Source: Gammaproteobacteria bacterium (GTDB taxonomy: Bacteria > Pseudomonadota > Gammaproteobacteria > SURF-13). Taken from it: a stretch of 64,000 nt of DNA. The translations under genes and the position numbers were made by a program. The notes under the pieces are model-generated. The model saw nothing but the letters and a program-made list of their open reading frames with translations. It was not told the DNA's origin and did not search any database. Shown here one piece after another: positions 20,324 to 28,545 of this stretch (position 1 is the stretch's first letter; each line of letters starts with the position of its first letter). Where the stretch lies: assembly GCA_038924245.1 (NCBI GenBank), contig JBCKVB010000002.1:531-64530 (forward strand), read 5' to 3'.

Positions 20324-21304
20324 TCAAGCCTCTCCTGAGTTTGTCGAAGGGCTGGGACGCAGGACGAGCGCCATGATGGCCATGCGTACCGCGGTGCCGT
20401 GGGTTACTTGCTGCAAAATCACCGAACGCGCCCCGTCCGCGACGCTGGAGGCGATCTCCACGCCGCGGTTGATCGGGCCGGGGTGCATCACGATGGCGTC
20501 CGGTTTGGCGCGGGAAAGCTTCTCCTCGGTGAGGCCGTACAGATGAAAGTATTCACGCTCGCTGGGAAGAAACGCCCCCTGCATGCGCTCGCGTTGCAGA
20601 CGCAGCATCATCACCACGTCCACGTCGCAAAGGCCCGCACGCAGGTCGTGATACACGTGTACCCCCAGGGTTTCGATGTGTTGCGGGATCAGCGTCCTGG
20701 GCGCGATCACGCGCACGTCGGGCACGCCCAGCGTGGTGAGCGCGTGAATCTGCGAGCGCGCCACGCGCGAGTGCAGGATATCGCCCACGATGGCCACGCT
20801 GAGCGCGCCGAAGTCCGGCTTGTGGCGGCGGATGGTGAACATGTCCAGCATCGCCTGGGTGGGATGCGCGTGGCAGCCGTCACCGGCGTTGATGACGCTC
20901 ACGTGCGGCGCGACGTGACGGGCGATGAAGTGCGCCGCGCCGCTCGCGCCGTGGCGCACCACGAACATGTCGCACTGCATGGCCTGCAGGTTGTGCAGCG
21001 TGTCCAGCAGCGACTCGCCCTTGCTGGCCGAGGAGGTGGACACGGCGATGTTGAGCACGTCGGCGGACAGACGCTTGGCGGCGAGCTCGAACGTGGTGCG
21101 GGTGCGCGTGCTGGGCTCGAAGAACAGGTTGACGATGGTCTTGCCGCGCAGCAGCGGCACCTTTTTCACCGTTTGCTCGCCCACGCTGGTGAACGATTCC
21201 GCCGTGTCGAGGATTTCGGTGAGCAGCGCTGGCTCCAAACCCTCGATGGTGAGGAAGTGGCGCAACCGCCCCTGGTCATCGAGCTGGATATTGTGCGATC
21301 TCAT
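20324..21304 (-). CDS. pyrB: Aspartate carbamoyltransferase catalytic subunit
   Basis: Begins [28 protein letters not shown] and HPTQ motifs. The ATG at 21304 overlaps the pyrR stop (ATGA). The track ORF extends to 21688, but that extension is out-of-family. Confidence 0.93.
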   Translation of the reverse strand: MRSHNIQLDDQGRLRHFLTIEGLEPALLTEILDTAESFTSVGEQTVKKVPLLRGKTIVNLFFEPSTRTRTTFELAAKRLSADVLNIAVSTSSASKGESLLDTLHNLQAMQCDMFVVRHGASGAAHFIARHVAPHVSVINAGDGCHAHPTQAMLDMFTIRRHKPDFGALSVAIVGDILHSRVARSQIHALTTLGVPDVRVIAPRTLIPQHIETLGVHVYHDLRAGLCDVDVVMMLRLQRERMQGAFLPSEREYFHLYGLTEEKLSRAKPDAIVMHPGPINRGVEIASSVADGARSVILQQVTHGTAVRMAIMALVLRPSPSTNSGEA

Positions 21305-21810
21305 GACTTGCGCCGCACCGTGAGCACGAGCGGGTCGGGGCCGCTCAGTTTTACATATTCCTTGTTGCTCAATTCCATGTGTTGACCCACGACGCGCGCC
21401 TCGATGGGGAGTTCGCGCCCGCCGCGCTTCACCAGCACCGCCAGGGTCACGCTGGCCGGGCGTCCGTAGTCGAAGATTTCGTTCAGCGCGGCGCGGATGG
21501 TGCGCCCGGTGTAGAGCACGTCGTCCACCAGGATGATGTGCCGCTCCTCCACGCTGAACGGCAGGCGCGAGGGCTTGACCTCCGGATGCATGCCGATGCG
21601 CGTGAAGTCGTCGCGGTAAAACGAGATGTCCAGCACGCCCAGCGGTTCGGGCAGTTGCAACAGACGATGCAGTTTTTCCGCCACCCACACCCCGCCGGTG
21701 TGGATGCCGATCATGAGCGGGTCAGGCATGTCTTGCCGTTCGATCAGCGCGCGCAGCTCGCGCGCCAGGGTCTCGATCAGGTGCTGAACGTCCGGCGTGG
21801 CATTGCTCAT
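21301..21810 (-). CDS. pyrR: Bifunctional pyr operon regulator / uracil phosphoribosyltransferase PyrR
   Basis: 169 aa. PRTase motif [12 protein letters not shown]. Confidence 0.9.
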   Translation of the reverse strand: MSNATPDVQHLIETLARELRALIERQDMPDPLMIGIHTGGVWVAEKLHRLLQLPEPLGVLDISFYRDDFTRIGMHPEVKPSRLPFSVEERHIILVDDVLYTGRTIRAALNEIFDYGRPASVTLAVLVKRGGRELPIEARVVGQHMELSNKEYVKLSGPDPLVLTVRRKS

Positions 21811-22274
21811 CGGGCGCGCGTCTCATCCAGCCAGGTCTGCAAGATGACCTGCGCGGCGATATGGTCAATGGCGGGTTGACGACCGGCGGTCGCTCCCGGC
21901 CTCCTGCCTCCCGCGACACTAAGCCGTCCTTGGCTGGCGCGCCGGTTGTCGTTTTGTGACGCGCGCTGTGCGGCGTGCGAAGAGAGCCGCTCGTCCACGG
22001 TGTACACCGGCAGGCCGTAGCGCTGACCGAGTTGCAGGCTGAAACGCCGCGCCGCGCGCGCGACCGGGTGTTCTCCGCCCTCGCCCAGCGGCACGCCCAC
22101 CACCAGCGCGCTCGGATGCCATTCCTGGATCAGGCGCGTGATCGCCTCCCAGTCCGGCTTGTTGCCGCGCGTGGGCAGGGTGACGAGCGGCGTGGCGCTG
22201 TGGGTGAGCTTCTGCCCCACCGCCACGCCGATGCGCCGGGTTCCGTAATCAAAACCGAGCAGGGTGGAGGTCAT
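21807..22274 (-). CDS. ruvX: Holliday junction resolvase-like RuvX (YqgF), carrying an 18-codon element insertion
   Basis: LGFDYGTRRIGVAVG N-terminus and DERLSS motif. The C-terminal region is interrupted by [18 protein letters not shown], encoded by element E1. Confidence 0.88.
   Translation of the reverse strand: MTSTLLGFDYGTRRIGVAVGQKLTHSATPLVTLPTRGNKPDWEAITRLIQEWHPSALVVGVPLGEGGEHPVARAARRFSLQLGQRYGLPVYTVDERLSSHAAQRASQNDNRRASQGRLSVAGGRRPGATAGRQPAIDHIAAQVILQTWLDETRAR
21888..21941 (+). repeat. Intragenic palindromic element E1 (54 nt, subfamily III) inside ruvX
   Basis: GGTCGCTCCCGGCCTCCTGCCTCCCGCGACACTAAGCCGTCCTTGGCTGGCGCG. In-frame in ruvX, whose mRNA carries the G-rich strand. Confidence 0.9.
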
Positions 22275-22834
22275 GCGTGACCCACGTCGCCGGACAGGCG
22301 CGTGACATCCACGCCGAGCGAGGCCGCCGCCATGCTCCAGCGCTGTTCGGCGGGGGCGTGAAACAGGATGTGCGTATCGGCTTGCACGCTGAGCCAGGCG
22401 TTATCCAGCAGTTCCTGCTCCAGTTGTCCCGGCGCCCAGCCCGCGTAACCGAGCGCGGCGAGCGCCGCGCCGGGGAAGGCGTCTTGCGCGAGGGCGTTGA
22501 GAATATCGGGCGAGGTGGTGAGACTGATCCCGTCGTTCACCGGCAGGCTGCTCTCCCATTGCAACGGCGGCTGATGCAGGACAAACAGCGCGCCGGTTTG
22601 CACCGGTCCGCCGAGATAAACCGGGCGGGCGGCGATGTCCTCGCGCGCGGGGCGGAGGGAGATCTGTTCCAGCAGATAGCCGAAGTTCAGGTCGAGCGGA
22701 CGGTTGATAACGATGCCGAGCGCGCCCTCGTCATCGTGTTGACACAGGTAAATGACGCTGTGGAAAAAGTGGGGGTCCGCCAAGGAGGGCATGGCGATCA
22801 GGAAGTGATTCCGCAGGGACCCTGATTCAATCAT
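22271..22834 (-). CDS. algH: YqgE/AlgH family protein (UPF0301)
   Basis: 187 aa. LIAMPSL.DP.F..SV.Y.C.H...GA.G..INRP pattern. Confidence 0.88.
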   Translation of the reverse strand: MIESGSLRNHFLIAMPSLADPHFFHSVIYLCQHDDEGALGIVINRPLDLNFGYLLEQISLRPAREDIAARPVYLGGPVQTGALFVLHQPPLQWESSLPVNDGISLTTSPDILNALAQDAFPGAALAALGYAGWAPGQLEQELLDNAWLSVQADTHILFHAPAEQRWSMAAASLGVDVTRLSGDVGHA

Positions 22835-22921
22835 GTATCCGCATAGTATCGGTCAAAACCGCCCTGTAGCACAAGGTGCGGCAGGCTGTTTTTTTCGCCG
22901 GCGGGCCTGTGGCTCATCCGG

Positions 22922-23866
22922 CTATTGCGTGGCGAAGCGGTTGTCGTGCAAAAACTGCCAGGTGCGCGTGATGTGCAGGATATCGGTCTCTTGCAGGATG
23001 TCCTTGGGGAAGGGGGCGAAGGGGGCGGCGAGCTGCACGATGCGCATCGCGGCGTCGTCCAGCGCCTTGTGGCCGGAGGAGCGGCGCAGTTCGACGCTGC
23101 GTACCTTGCCGTCGGGATTGAGCGCCACGTCCAGCACCAGATTGCCGGAGAGATTGTTGCGCTTGGCCTCCTCCGGGTAATTGAGATTGCCGATGCGCTC
23201 CACCTTGGCGCGCCATGCCTCCATGTAGGCGGCGTATTTGTATTCGCGCGTGGCCGCGGAGATGAATTTCGCGCGCGGGCGCCGCGCGTAGGCGGCGCGC
23301 GCGTGGTTGATTTCGGCGCTTAAGCTGGCGATTTGCTGCATACTCTGCGCCACCAAATCTTGCGCGGAGGGCCTGGCGTCCGCTTGCGCATCATCAGCGG
23401 GGCTTGCCTGCGGCGCGGAGCCCGTCTTGGGCTGCGTTTTGGCGGACGGGGCGGTCTGGTGCGCGGATGGGGTGTCGGCGCTCAGCACCGGCGGTGTGGA
23501 TTTCACCTGCTCCGCGGCGGCGGGCGGCGGCGCCGTCTGTTCCACAGTGGCGGGGGGCGGCAGTTCCGGAGGCACGTCGGCATCGGTGTTGCCGCCGCCC
23601 TGCTGCTGGACGTTGGCCAGGGTGTCGGCGCGCTCCGGTTTCTGCGCCGAGGACTGGGTGACCAGCGTGATCTCCAGCGTGGACACGTGGTTTTGCAGGT
23701 TGTTTTTAAGCGCCTCGAAGTTTACGCCCAGAATCAGGATGGCGTGCAGCACGGCGGCAAAAAACAGCGTCAGCCCCAGCCGGTCATGCGTGCTCACGCC
23801 CGCACCCGCCGGGCGCGACAGGCGCTGGTCATTCCAGGGCGGCGGACTCGCTATTACCGCGGCCAT
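22922..23866 (-). CDS. tonB: TonB family energy transducer
   Basis: 314 aa. N-terminal TM segment, Pro/Ala-rich spacer, and a C-terminal TonB domain (YPEEAKRNNLSGNLVLDVALNPDGKV...). Confidence 0.8.
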   Translation of the reverse strand: MAAVIASPPPWNDQRLSRPAGAGVSTHDRLGLTLFFAAVLHAILILGVNFEALKNNLQNHVSTLEITLVTQSSAQKPERADTLANVQQQGGGNTDADVPPELPPPATVEQTAPPPAAAEQVKSTPPVLSADTPSAHQTAPSAKTQPKTGSAPQASPADDAQADARPSAQDLVAQSMQQIASLSAEINHARAAYARRPRAKFISAATREYKYAAYMEAWRAKVERIGNLNYPEEAKRNNLSGNLVLDVALNPDGKVRSVELRRSSGHKALDDAAMRIVQLAAPFAPFPKDILQETDILHITRTWQFLHDNRFATQ

Positions 23867-24003
23867 AGGCTGGTGTGCAACCTCTTTAACATGGCGTGGC
23901 TAATGATACCGCTCAGCACGCCAAAGATCACGGCCGCCGTCATGAACACCGGCAATAAATAGAACAGGCCGGGATGCGGGATGAACCAGGCATAGGCGAG
24001 CCA

Positions 24004-24068
24004 GAAGTAGCAAGAGCACTGATCTTTGTGTTTTTTCTTGCCACTTGCTACTTGCTACTTGACACTTG
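24004..24068. repeat. GCAAGT-heptad palindromic element, copy i (overlaps the gshB stop)
   Basis: GAAGTAGCAAGAGCACTGATCTTTGTGTTTTTTCTTGCCACTTGCTACTTGCTACTTGACACTTG. The arms AAGTAGCAAG / CTTGCTACTT are inverted repeats. Confidence 0.8.
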
Positions 24069-24999
24069 TTTCTCAACCGCATCGAGAAACGCCGCTGAAA
24101 TGTTTAACCCATACAATGCATCCAGTTCACGCGCGCACGTAGGGCTGGTGACGTTGATCTCGGTCAGGTAATCGCCAATCACGTCCAGGCCCACGAACAG
24201 CAAACCTTTCTCGCGCAGGGTGGGGCCAACCTGTTCGCAAATCCAGCGGTCGCGCGCCGAGAGCGGCACGCCCACGCCGTGCCCGCCCGCGGCGAGGTTG
24301 GCGCGCGTCTCGCCCGGTGCCGGCAGGCGCGCCAATGCATAGGGTACCGGCTCGCCGTTGATGAGCAGAATGCGTTTGTCGCCCGCGCTGATCTCCGGTA
24401 GGTAACGCTGCGCCATGACGAAATGCCGCGCGTACCCGGTCATGGTTTCGATAATCACGCCGATGTTGGGGATCATCCGCGCGCACGCGGAACACCGAGC
24501 TGCCGCCCATGGCGCCGAGCGGCTTTAAAATGATGTCGCCCTGCTCGTGCAAAAAATCGCGCAGTTGTCGCGGATTGCGCGTCACCAGGGTGGGCGGCGT
24601 GCACTGCGGGAACCAGGCGGTGAACAACTTTTCATTGCAGTCGCGCAGCGCGCGCGGTTTATTCACCACCAGCACGCCTTCCGCCTCGGCGCGTTCCAGC
24701 AGGTACGTGGTGTACACGTACTCCATGTCAAACGGCGGGTCTTTGCGCATCAGAATCACATCCAGCGCGGCGAGCGGCTCCGTGGTCTCCGCGCCGAAAT
24801 CAAACCAGTGCGCGGGGTCGTCCCGCACGCGTAAGCCGCGCATGCGCGCGAAGCCGCGCCCGTCGCGCAGAAACAGGTCGCCCTGTTCCATGTAGGAAAT
24901 TTTCCAGCCGCGCGCCTCCGCCGCGAGCAGCATGGCGAAGGTGGTGTCTTTTTCGATGTGTATCGTGGTGATGGGGTCCATCACCACGCCTATATGCAA
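24048..24999 (-). pseudogene. gshB: Glutathione synthetase, interrupted by a +1 frameshift in a C4 run (or sequencing error)
   Basis: The N-part (track ORF 24127..25044) matches GshB through ...[13 protein letters not shown]. The C-part (24048..24476) continues [10 protein letters not shown]...EINVTSPTC in another frame. The junction is GATGATCCCCAACATC (plus-strand GGGG at 24468-24471). The start is uncertain (TTG 24999 or ATG 24981). Confidence 0.85.
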
Positions 25000-25074
25000 G
25001 TTGCAAGTAGCAAGAGTGCTAACTGTTATGTTTTTCTTTGCCACTTGCTACTTGCTACTTACTACTTGACACTG
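24996..25074. repeat. GCAAGT-heptad palindromic element, copy ii (overlaps the gshA stop and gshB start)
   Basis: GCAAGTTGCAAGTAGCAAGAGTGCTAACTGTTATGTTTTTCTTTGCCACTTGCTACTTGCTACTTACTACTTGACACTG. Same orientation as copy i. Confidence 0.8.
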
Positions 25075-26353
25075 CTTTCAGTTCCCTAGCCGCCGCCACT
25101 AAAGCCAGGCGCGCGATCACGCCGTAGGCGTAGAAGCGGTTCGGCTTGGCGTCCGGGGCTTGCGTGCGGTCGGGGTTGTTGCAGCTTTCGGCGAAGGCGA
25201 GCGGTTCAAAATAGCTGCCTGGCGCATTGAGGTTCTCATCCGTGCCGCGGTTTTGGTGTACGCGATAAAAGCCGCCCACCACGAATTGATTAATCATGTA
25301 CACCACCGGCTCGGCCACCGCCTCGTCCCAGCTCTCGAAGGTGTACACGCCCTCCTGCAGGATCACCTTGCTCACCGCCTGGCCGCCCTTGGAGGCCGCC
25401 ATCCCGGTGCGCTGCTTGCGGTTGAGATCGCGCACCTCGTCCGCCGAGCGCACCGTCATCACCCCCATGCCATAGGTGCCGGCGTCGGCCTTGACCACCA
25501 CGAACGGTTTGTGCGGCAAGTGATATTCGTCGTATTTACGCTGGATGGCTTCGATGAGCGCGGCCACGTTTTTGGCCAGGCAATCCTCGCCCTTGCGCGT
25601 CATGAAATTGATCTCGCCGCACTGGCGGAACAGCGGGTCTATGAGCCAGGGGTCTATGTCTATCAGCTCGGCGAACTCGGCCGCCGCTAAGCTGTAATGG
25701 GTAAAGTGCGTGGATTTGAGCCGGTTCGACCAGCCCATGGCGAGCGGCGGAATCACCGGCTGCTCCAGGCCTTCCAGTATCCCGGGCCGTCCCTCCGAGA
25801 GGTCGTTGTTGAGCAGCACCATGCACGGGCTGAAGCCCTTCACGCCCACGCGGTCGCCGCCGCGGATGAGCGGCTCCATGCGCAGGCTGCGCCCGGAGGG
25901 CAGGGGGATGTCGCGCATCTGCTCAAGGTTGGGTATCAGCGAGCCGATGCGTATGTCGAAGCCCGCTTTTTGGATGACATCGCGCAGCGTGGCCAGGCTT
26001 TCCAGATAGTACACGTTGCGCGTGTGACTCTCCGGGATCAGCAGCACCTTGGCGGCCTGCGGACAGGTGCGCTCAATGGAGGTCTGCATCGCCTGCACGC
26101 ACAGCGGCAGAAAGGCCGGGTTGAGATTGTTGAAGCCAGCCGGAAACAGGTTGGTGTCCACCGGCGCGAGCTTGTAGCCTGCGTTGCGCAGATCCACCGA
26201 GGTGTAAAACGGCGCCGGGGTGGCGCGCCACTGCGCGCGCAGCCAGTGTTCGATGAGGGTCTGCCGCGTGAGCAGGTGCGACTCTAAATCCTGCAACGGC
26301 CCGCTTAACGCCGTTGTGAGATGAGGCACCCTGGCCAAGGCGTCCTGATTCAT
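25055..26353 (-). CDS. gshA: Glutamate--cysteine ligase (proteobacterial ~430-aa type)
   Basis: Begins MNQDALARVPHL... (ATG 26353; the track ORF starts at 26407). Adjacent to gshB. The family call comes from overall similarity as remembered. Confidence 0.8.
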   Translation of the reverse strand: MNQDALARVPHLTTALSGPLQDLESHLLTRQTLIEHWLRAQWRATPAPFYTSVDLRNAGYKLAPVDTNLFPAGFNNLNPAFLPLCVQAMQTSIERTCPQAAKVLLIPESHTRNVYYLESLATLRDVIQKAGFDIRIGSLIPNLEQMRDIPLPSGRSLRMEPLIRGGDRVGVKGFSPCMVLLNNDLSEGRPGILEGLEQPVIPPLAMGWSNRLKSTHFTHYSLAAAEFAELIDIDPWLIDPLFRQCGEINFMTRKGEDCLAKNVAALIEAIQRKYDEYHLPHKPFVVVKADAGTYGMGVMTVRSADEVRDLNRKQRTGMAASKGGQAVSKVILQEGVYTFESWDEAVAEPVVYMINQFVVGGFYRVHQNRGTDENLNAPGSYFEPLAFAESCNNPDRTQAPDAKPNRFYAYGVIARLALVAAARELKAVSSSK

Positions 26354-26531
26354 AGACTTGATCCTGATCCTTTCTCTATTCAGCCGAAGATTGGCCGGGG
26401 TCGCCAAAGCATCATATCATAAGGGCAAGCCCTAACTTCGGGTCAGGTTAAAAATCGTGTCGCAAGATGCTGATAGTCCTGTTAATCTTGTCATGATAAT
26501 CATGTCAAGACAGCGCAAACAAAGGTAGTAT

Positions 26532-26693
26532 CTAGTGTAGTGTTGCATTCTTGATGGAACTTTCGAGCAACACCTTGTAGGTCGGACTTCAGCCCGACAT
26601 GTCGCCCTGAAGGGCGACCTACAGGACGAGCCACACGTCGGCATAAGTTCCACATAGCGTGCAACACTACACTAGCACGTCCCTGTGCGTCGC
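26532..26693. repeat. MITE-like unit: 16-bp perfect terminal inverted repeats around a REP hairpin, followed by an isolated hairpin-2 module (E9)
   Basis: CTAGTGTAGTGTTGCA (26532-26547) and TGCAACACTACACTAG (26660-26675). Inner hairpin TGTAGGTCGGACTTCAGCCCGACA/TGTCGCCCTGAAGGGCGACCTACA (26576-26623). Then GCACGTCCCTGTGCGTCGC (26675-26693). Confidence 0.75.
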
Positions 26694-26740
26694 AAAAAGC
26701 GCCGGCGCATGCGGGCGCAGCCGCTGGAGGCGTTGGGCTG

Positions 26741-27204
26741 ATGGCCAGCACACTTGCCCTGCGTACCCAACTGATCCCGCTGCGGGACGGGCGGCTCATC
26801 CTGCCCAACACCGCCATTGCCGAGATCGTGCCTTATATCGAGCCGGAACCCCTGGAGCACGCGCCTTCGTTTCTGCTGGGTCGCGTGAGCTGGCGCGGAC
26901 ACGGCATTCCGCTGACTTCCTTCGAGGCCGCTTGCGGCGCTGCCGTGCCCGCGCTGAACCCGCGTGCGTGCCTGGCGGTGCTGAATACCTTGAACGGCAA
27001 TGCGGCGCTGCCGTTCTTCGCCGTGCTGACACAGGAGATCCCGGGTTGCTCAAGGTGGATGAAACCAATCTGCAACCCATCGAGCATGAAACCATGCTGA
27101 GCCCGCTGACCTTGTGTCAGGTGCTGGTGAATGGCGAACCCGCCACGATACCCAATCTGGACGCCCTGGAAACCGAGCTGCTCAAAGCCAGCGCGGGACG
27201 TTAG
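26741..27204 (+). pseudogene. CheW-like coupling protein (PilI-like?), 1-nt frameshift (or sequencing error)
   Basis: Frame A (26741..) reads a CheW-like domain up to ...FFAVLTQEIPG. Frame B continues LLKVDETNLQPIEHE...LVNGEPATIPNLDALE to stop 27204. The shift lies in the CCCGGG run at about 27040-27045. Confidence 0.65.
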
Positions 27205-27216
27205 CGCGGTTTATTT

Positions 27217-28542
27217 TTAGCTGTCCCGCGGCAGCGCGCGCGCACCGATGTCGCGCCGGTAAAACACGCCATTCCAGCGCAGGGACTGCGCCAATTGATA
27301 GGCATTGGATTGCGCGGCGCGGTAACTCTCTCCCAGCGCGCAGGCGCACAGCACGCGCCCGCCCGCGGTGACGATATCTTTTCCCTGTTGCGCGGTACCG
27401 GCGTGAAATATCTTGGTCGCTCCCGGCATCCTGCCTCCCGCGACACTAGCACATCCCTGTGCGTCGCCGCTTGCTTTATCCAGACCATGAATCACGTCAC
27501 CCTTGCGGTAAGCGCCGGGATAGCCTTGCGCGGCGAGCACGATGCCTAAGGCAATGCGTTCATCCCACTCCGCGTGTACCTGATCGAGCCGTTTACTCAG
27601 CGCCGCCTCGGTCAGCATCACCAGATCGGAACGCAGACGCAGCAGGATGGGTTGCGCTTCCGGATCGCCCAGGCGGCAATTGAACTCCAGCACCTTGGGC
27701 GCGCCATCGGGAGCAATCATGAGACCGGCATAGAGAAAGCCGGTGTAGGGTTTGCCCTCCGCCGCCATGCCGCGCAGCGTGGGTTCGATCACCTCGCGCA
27801 GCACGCGCGCGTGTACCGCGGGCGTCACCACCGGCGCGGGCGAATACGCGCCCATGCCGCCGGTGTTCGGCCCCTGGTCGCCGTCGTCGCGGCGTTTGTG
27901 ATCCTGCGCGGTGGCGAGCGCCAGCGCGTGTTCGCCGTCCGCCAGCACGATGAAGCTCGCCTCTTCGCCGGTCAGGAATTCTTCAATCACCACGCGGCTG
28001 CCCGCCTCGCCGAGCAGCGCGCCGCTCAGCATTTCGCTTACCGCGGCGAGCGCCGTTGGCTTGTCCTCTGCGATCACCACGCCCTTGCCCGCCGCGAGGC
28101 CATCGGCCTTGATGACCAGCGGTACGCCTGTTTTGTGGATGTACGCGACGGCTTGATCGAGATCGCTGAACACCGCGTAAGCGGCGGTGGGGATGTGGTG
28201 GCGCGCCATGAAATCCTTGGCGTAGGACTTGGAGGCTTCAAGCTGCGCGGCTTCCCGCGTTGGCCCGAAGCAGCGCAAACCCGCCGCTTGAAACTGATCC
28301 ACGATACCCAGCGACAGCGGCGCCTCCGGCCCGATGATGGTGAGATCAATCTTATTGCCGCGCGCGAAGTTGACCAGCGACCCGATATCATCGGCGTCTA
28401 TGGCGATGTTTTCTGTTTTCGGCTCCTGCGCCGTGCCGGGATTGCCCGGCGCCACGAACACTCTGGTCACCCTGGGTGATTGCGCCACCTTCCACGCCAA
28501 GGCGTGCTCGCGCCCGCCGGAGCCGATGATTAAAACGCGCAT
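27217..28542 (-). CDS. purD: Phosphoribosylamine--glycine ligase, carrying an 18-codon element insertion
   Basis: 441 aa. MRVLIIGSGGREHALAWK N-terminus and ATP-grasp core. Insert [18 protein letters not shown] sits just before ...KIFHAGTA. Confidence 0.93.
   Translation of the reverse strand: MRVLIIGSGGREHALAWKVAQSPRVTRVFVAPGNPGTAQEPKTENIAIDADDIGSLVNFARGNKIDLTIIGPEAPLSLGIVDQFQAAGLRCFGPTREAAQLEASKSYAKDFMARHHIPTAAYAVFSDLDQAVAYIHKTGVPLVIKADGLAAGKGVVIAEDKPTALAAVSEMLSGALLGEAGSRVVIEEFLTGEEASFIVLADGEHALALATAQDHKRRDDGDQGPNTGGMGAYSPAPVVTPAVHARVLREVIEPTLRGMAAEGKPYTGFLYAGLMIAPDGAPKVLEFNCRLGDPEAQPILLRLRSDLVMLTEAALSKRLDQVHAEWDERIALGIVLAAQGYPGAYRKGDVIHGLDKASGDAQGCASVAGGRMPGATKIFHAGTAQQGKDIVTAGGRVLCACALGESYRAAQSNAYQLAQSLRWNGVFYRRDIGARALPRDS
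27415..27468 (+). repeat. Intragenic palindromic element E2 (54 nt, subfamily I) inside purD
   Basis: GGTCGCTCCCGGCATCCTGCCTCCCGCGACACTAGCACATCCCTGTGCGTCGCC. Confidence 0.9.
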
Positions 28543-28545
28543 GAC

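Noticed and set aside
20324-21688. Upstream extensions of track ORFs: pyrB 454 aa, fis 422 aa (30242..31510), mltB 501 aa (51584..53089), cca 444 aa (39988..41322), DUF185 methyltransferase 475 aa (38513..39940), rlpA to 51584.
   Set aside because: The extra N-terminal parts have no family similarity, overlap the upstream gene or repeats, and internal starts give normal-length proteins, often with ATGA/GTGA coupling.
23854-24054. An open frame on the minus strand between gshB and tonB translates to a hydrophobic peptide (...YFWLAYAWFIPHPGLFYLLPVFMTAAVIFGVLSGIISHAMLKRL...) that overlaps the tonB start.
   Set aside because: No ATG, GTG or TTG start occurs in its first half, and its 5' end is repeat sequence. 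It may be a real small membrane gene whose start was overwritten, but I cannot support a CDS call.
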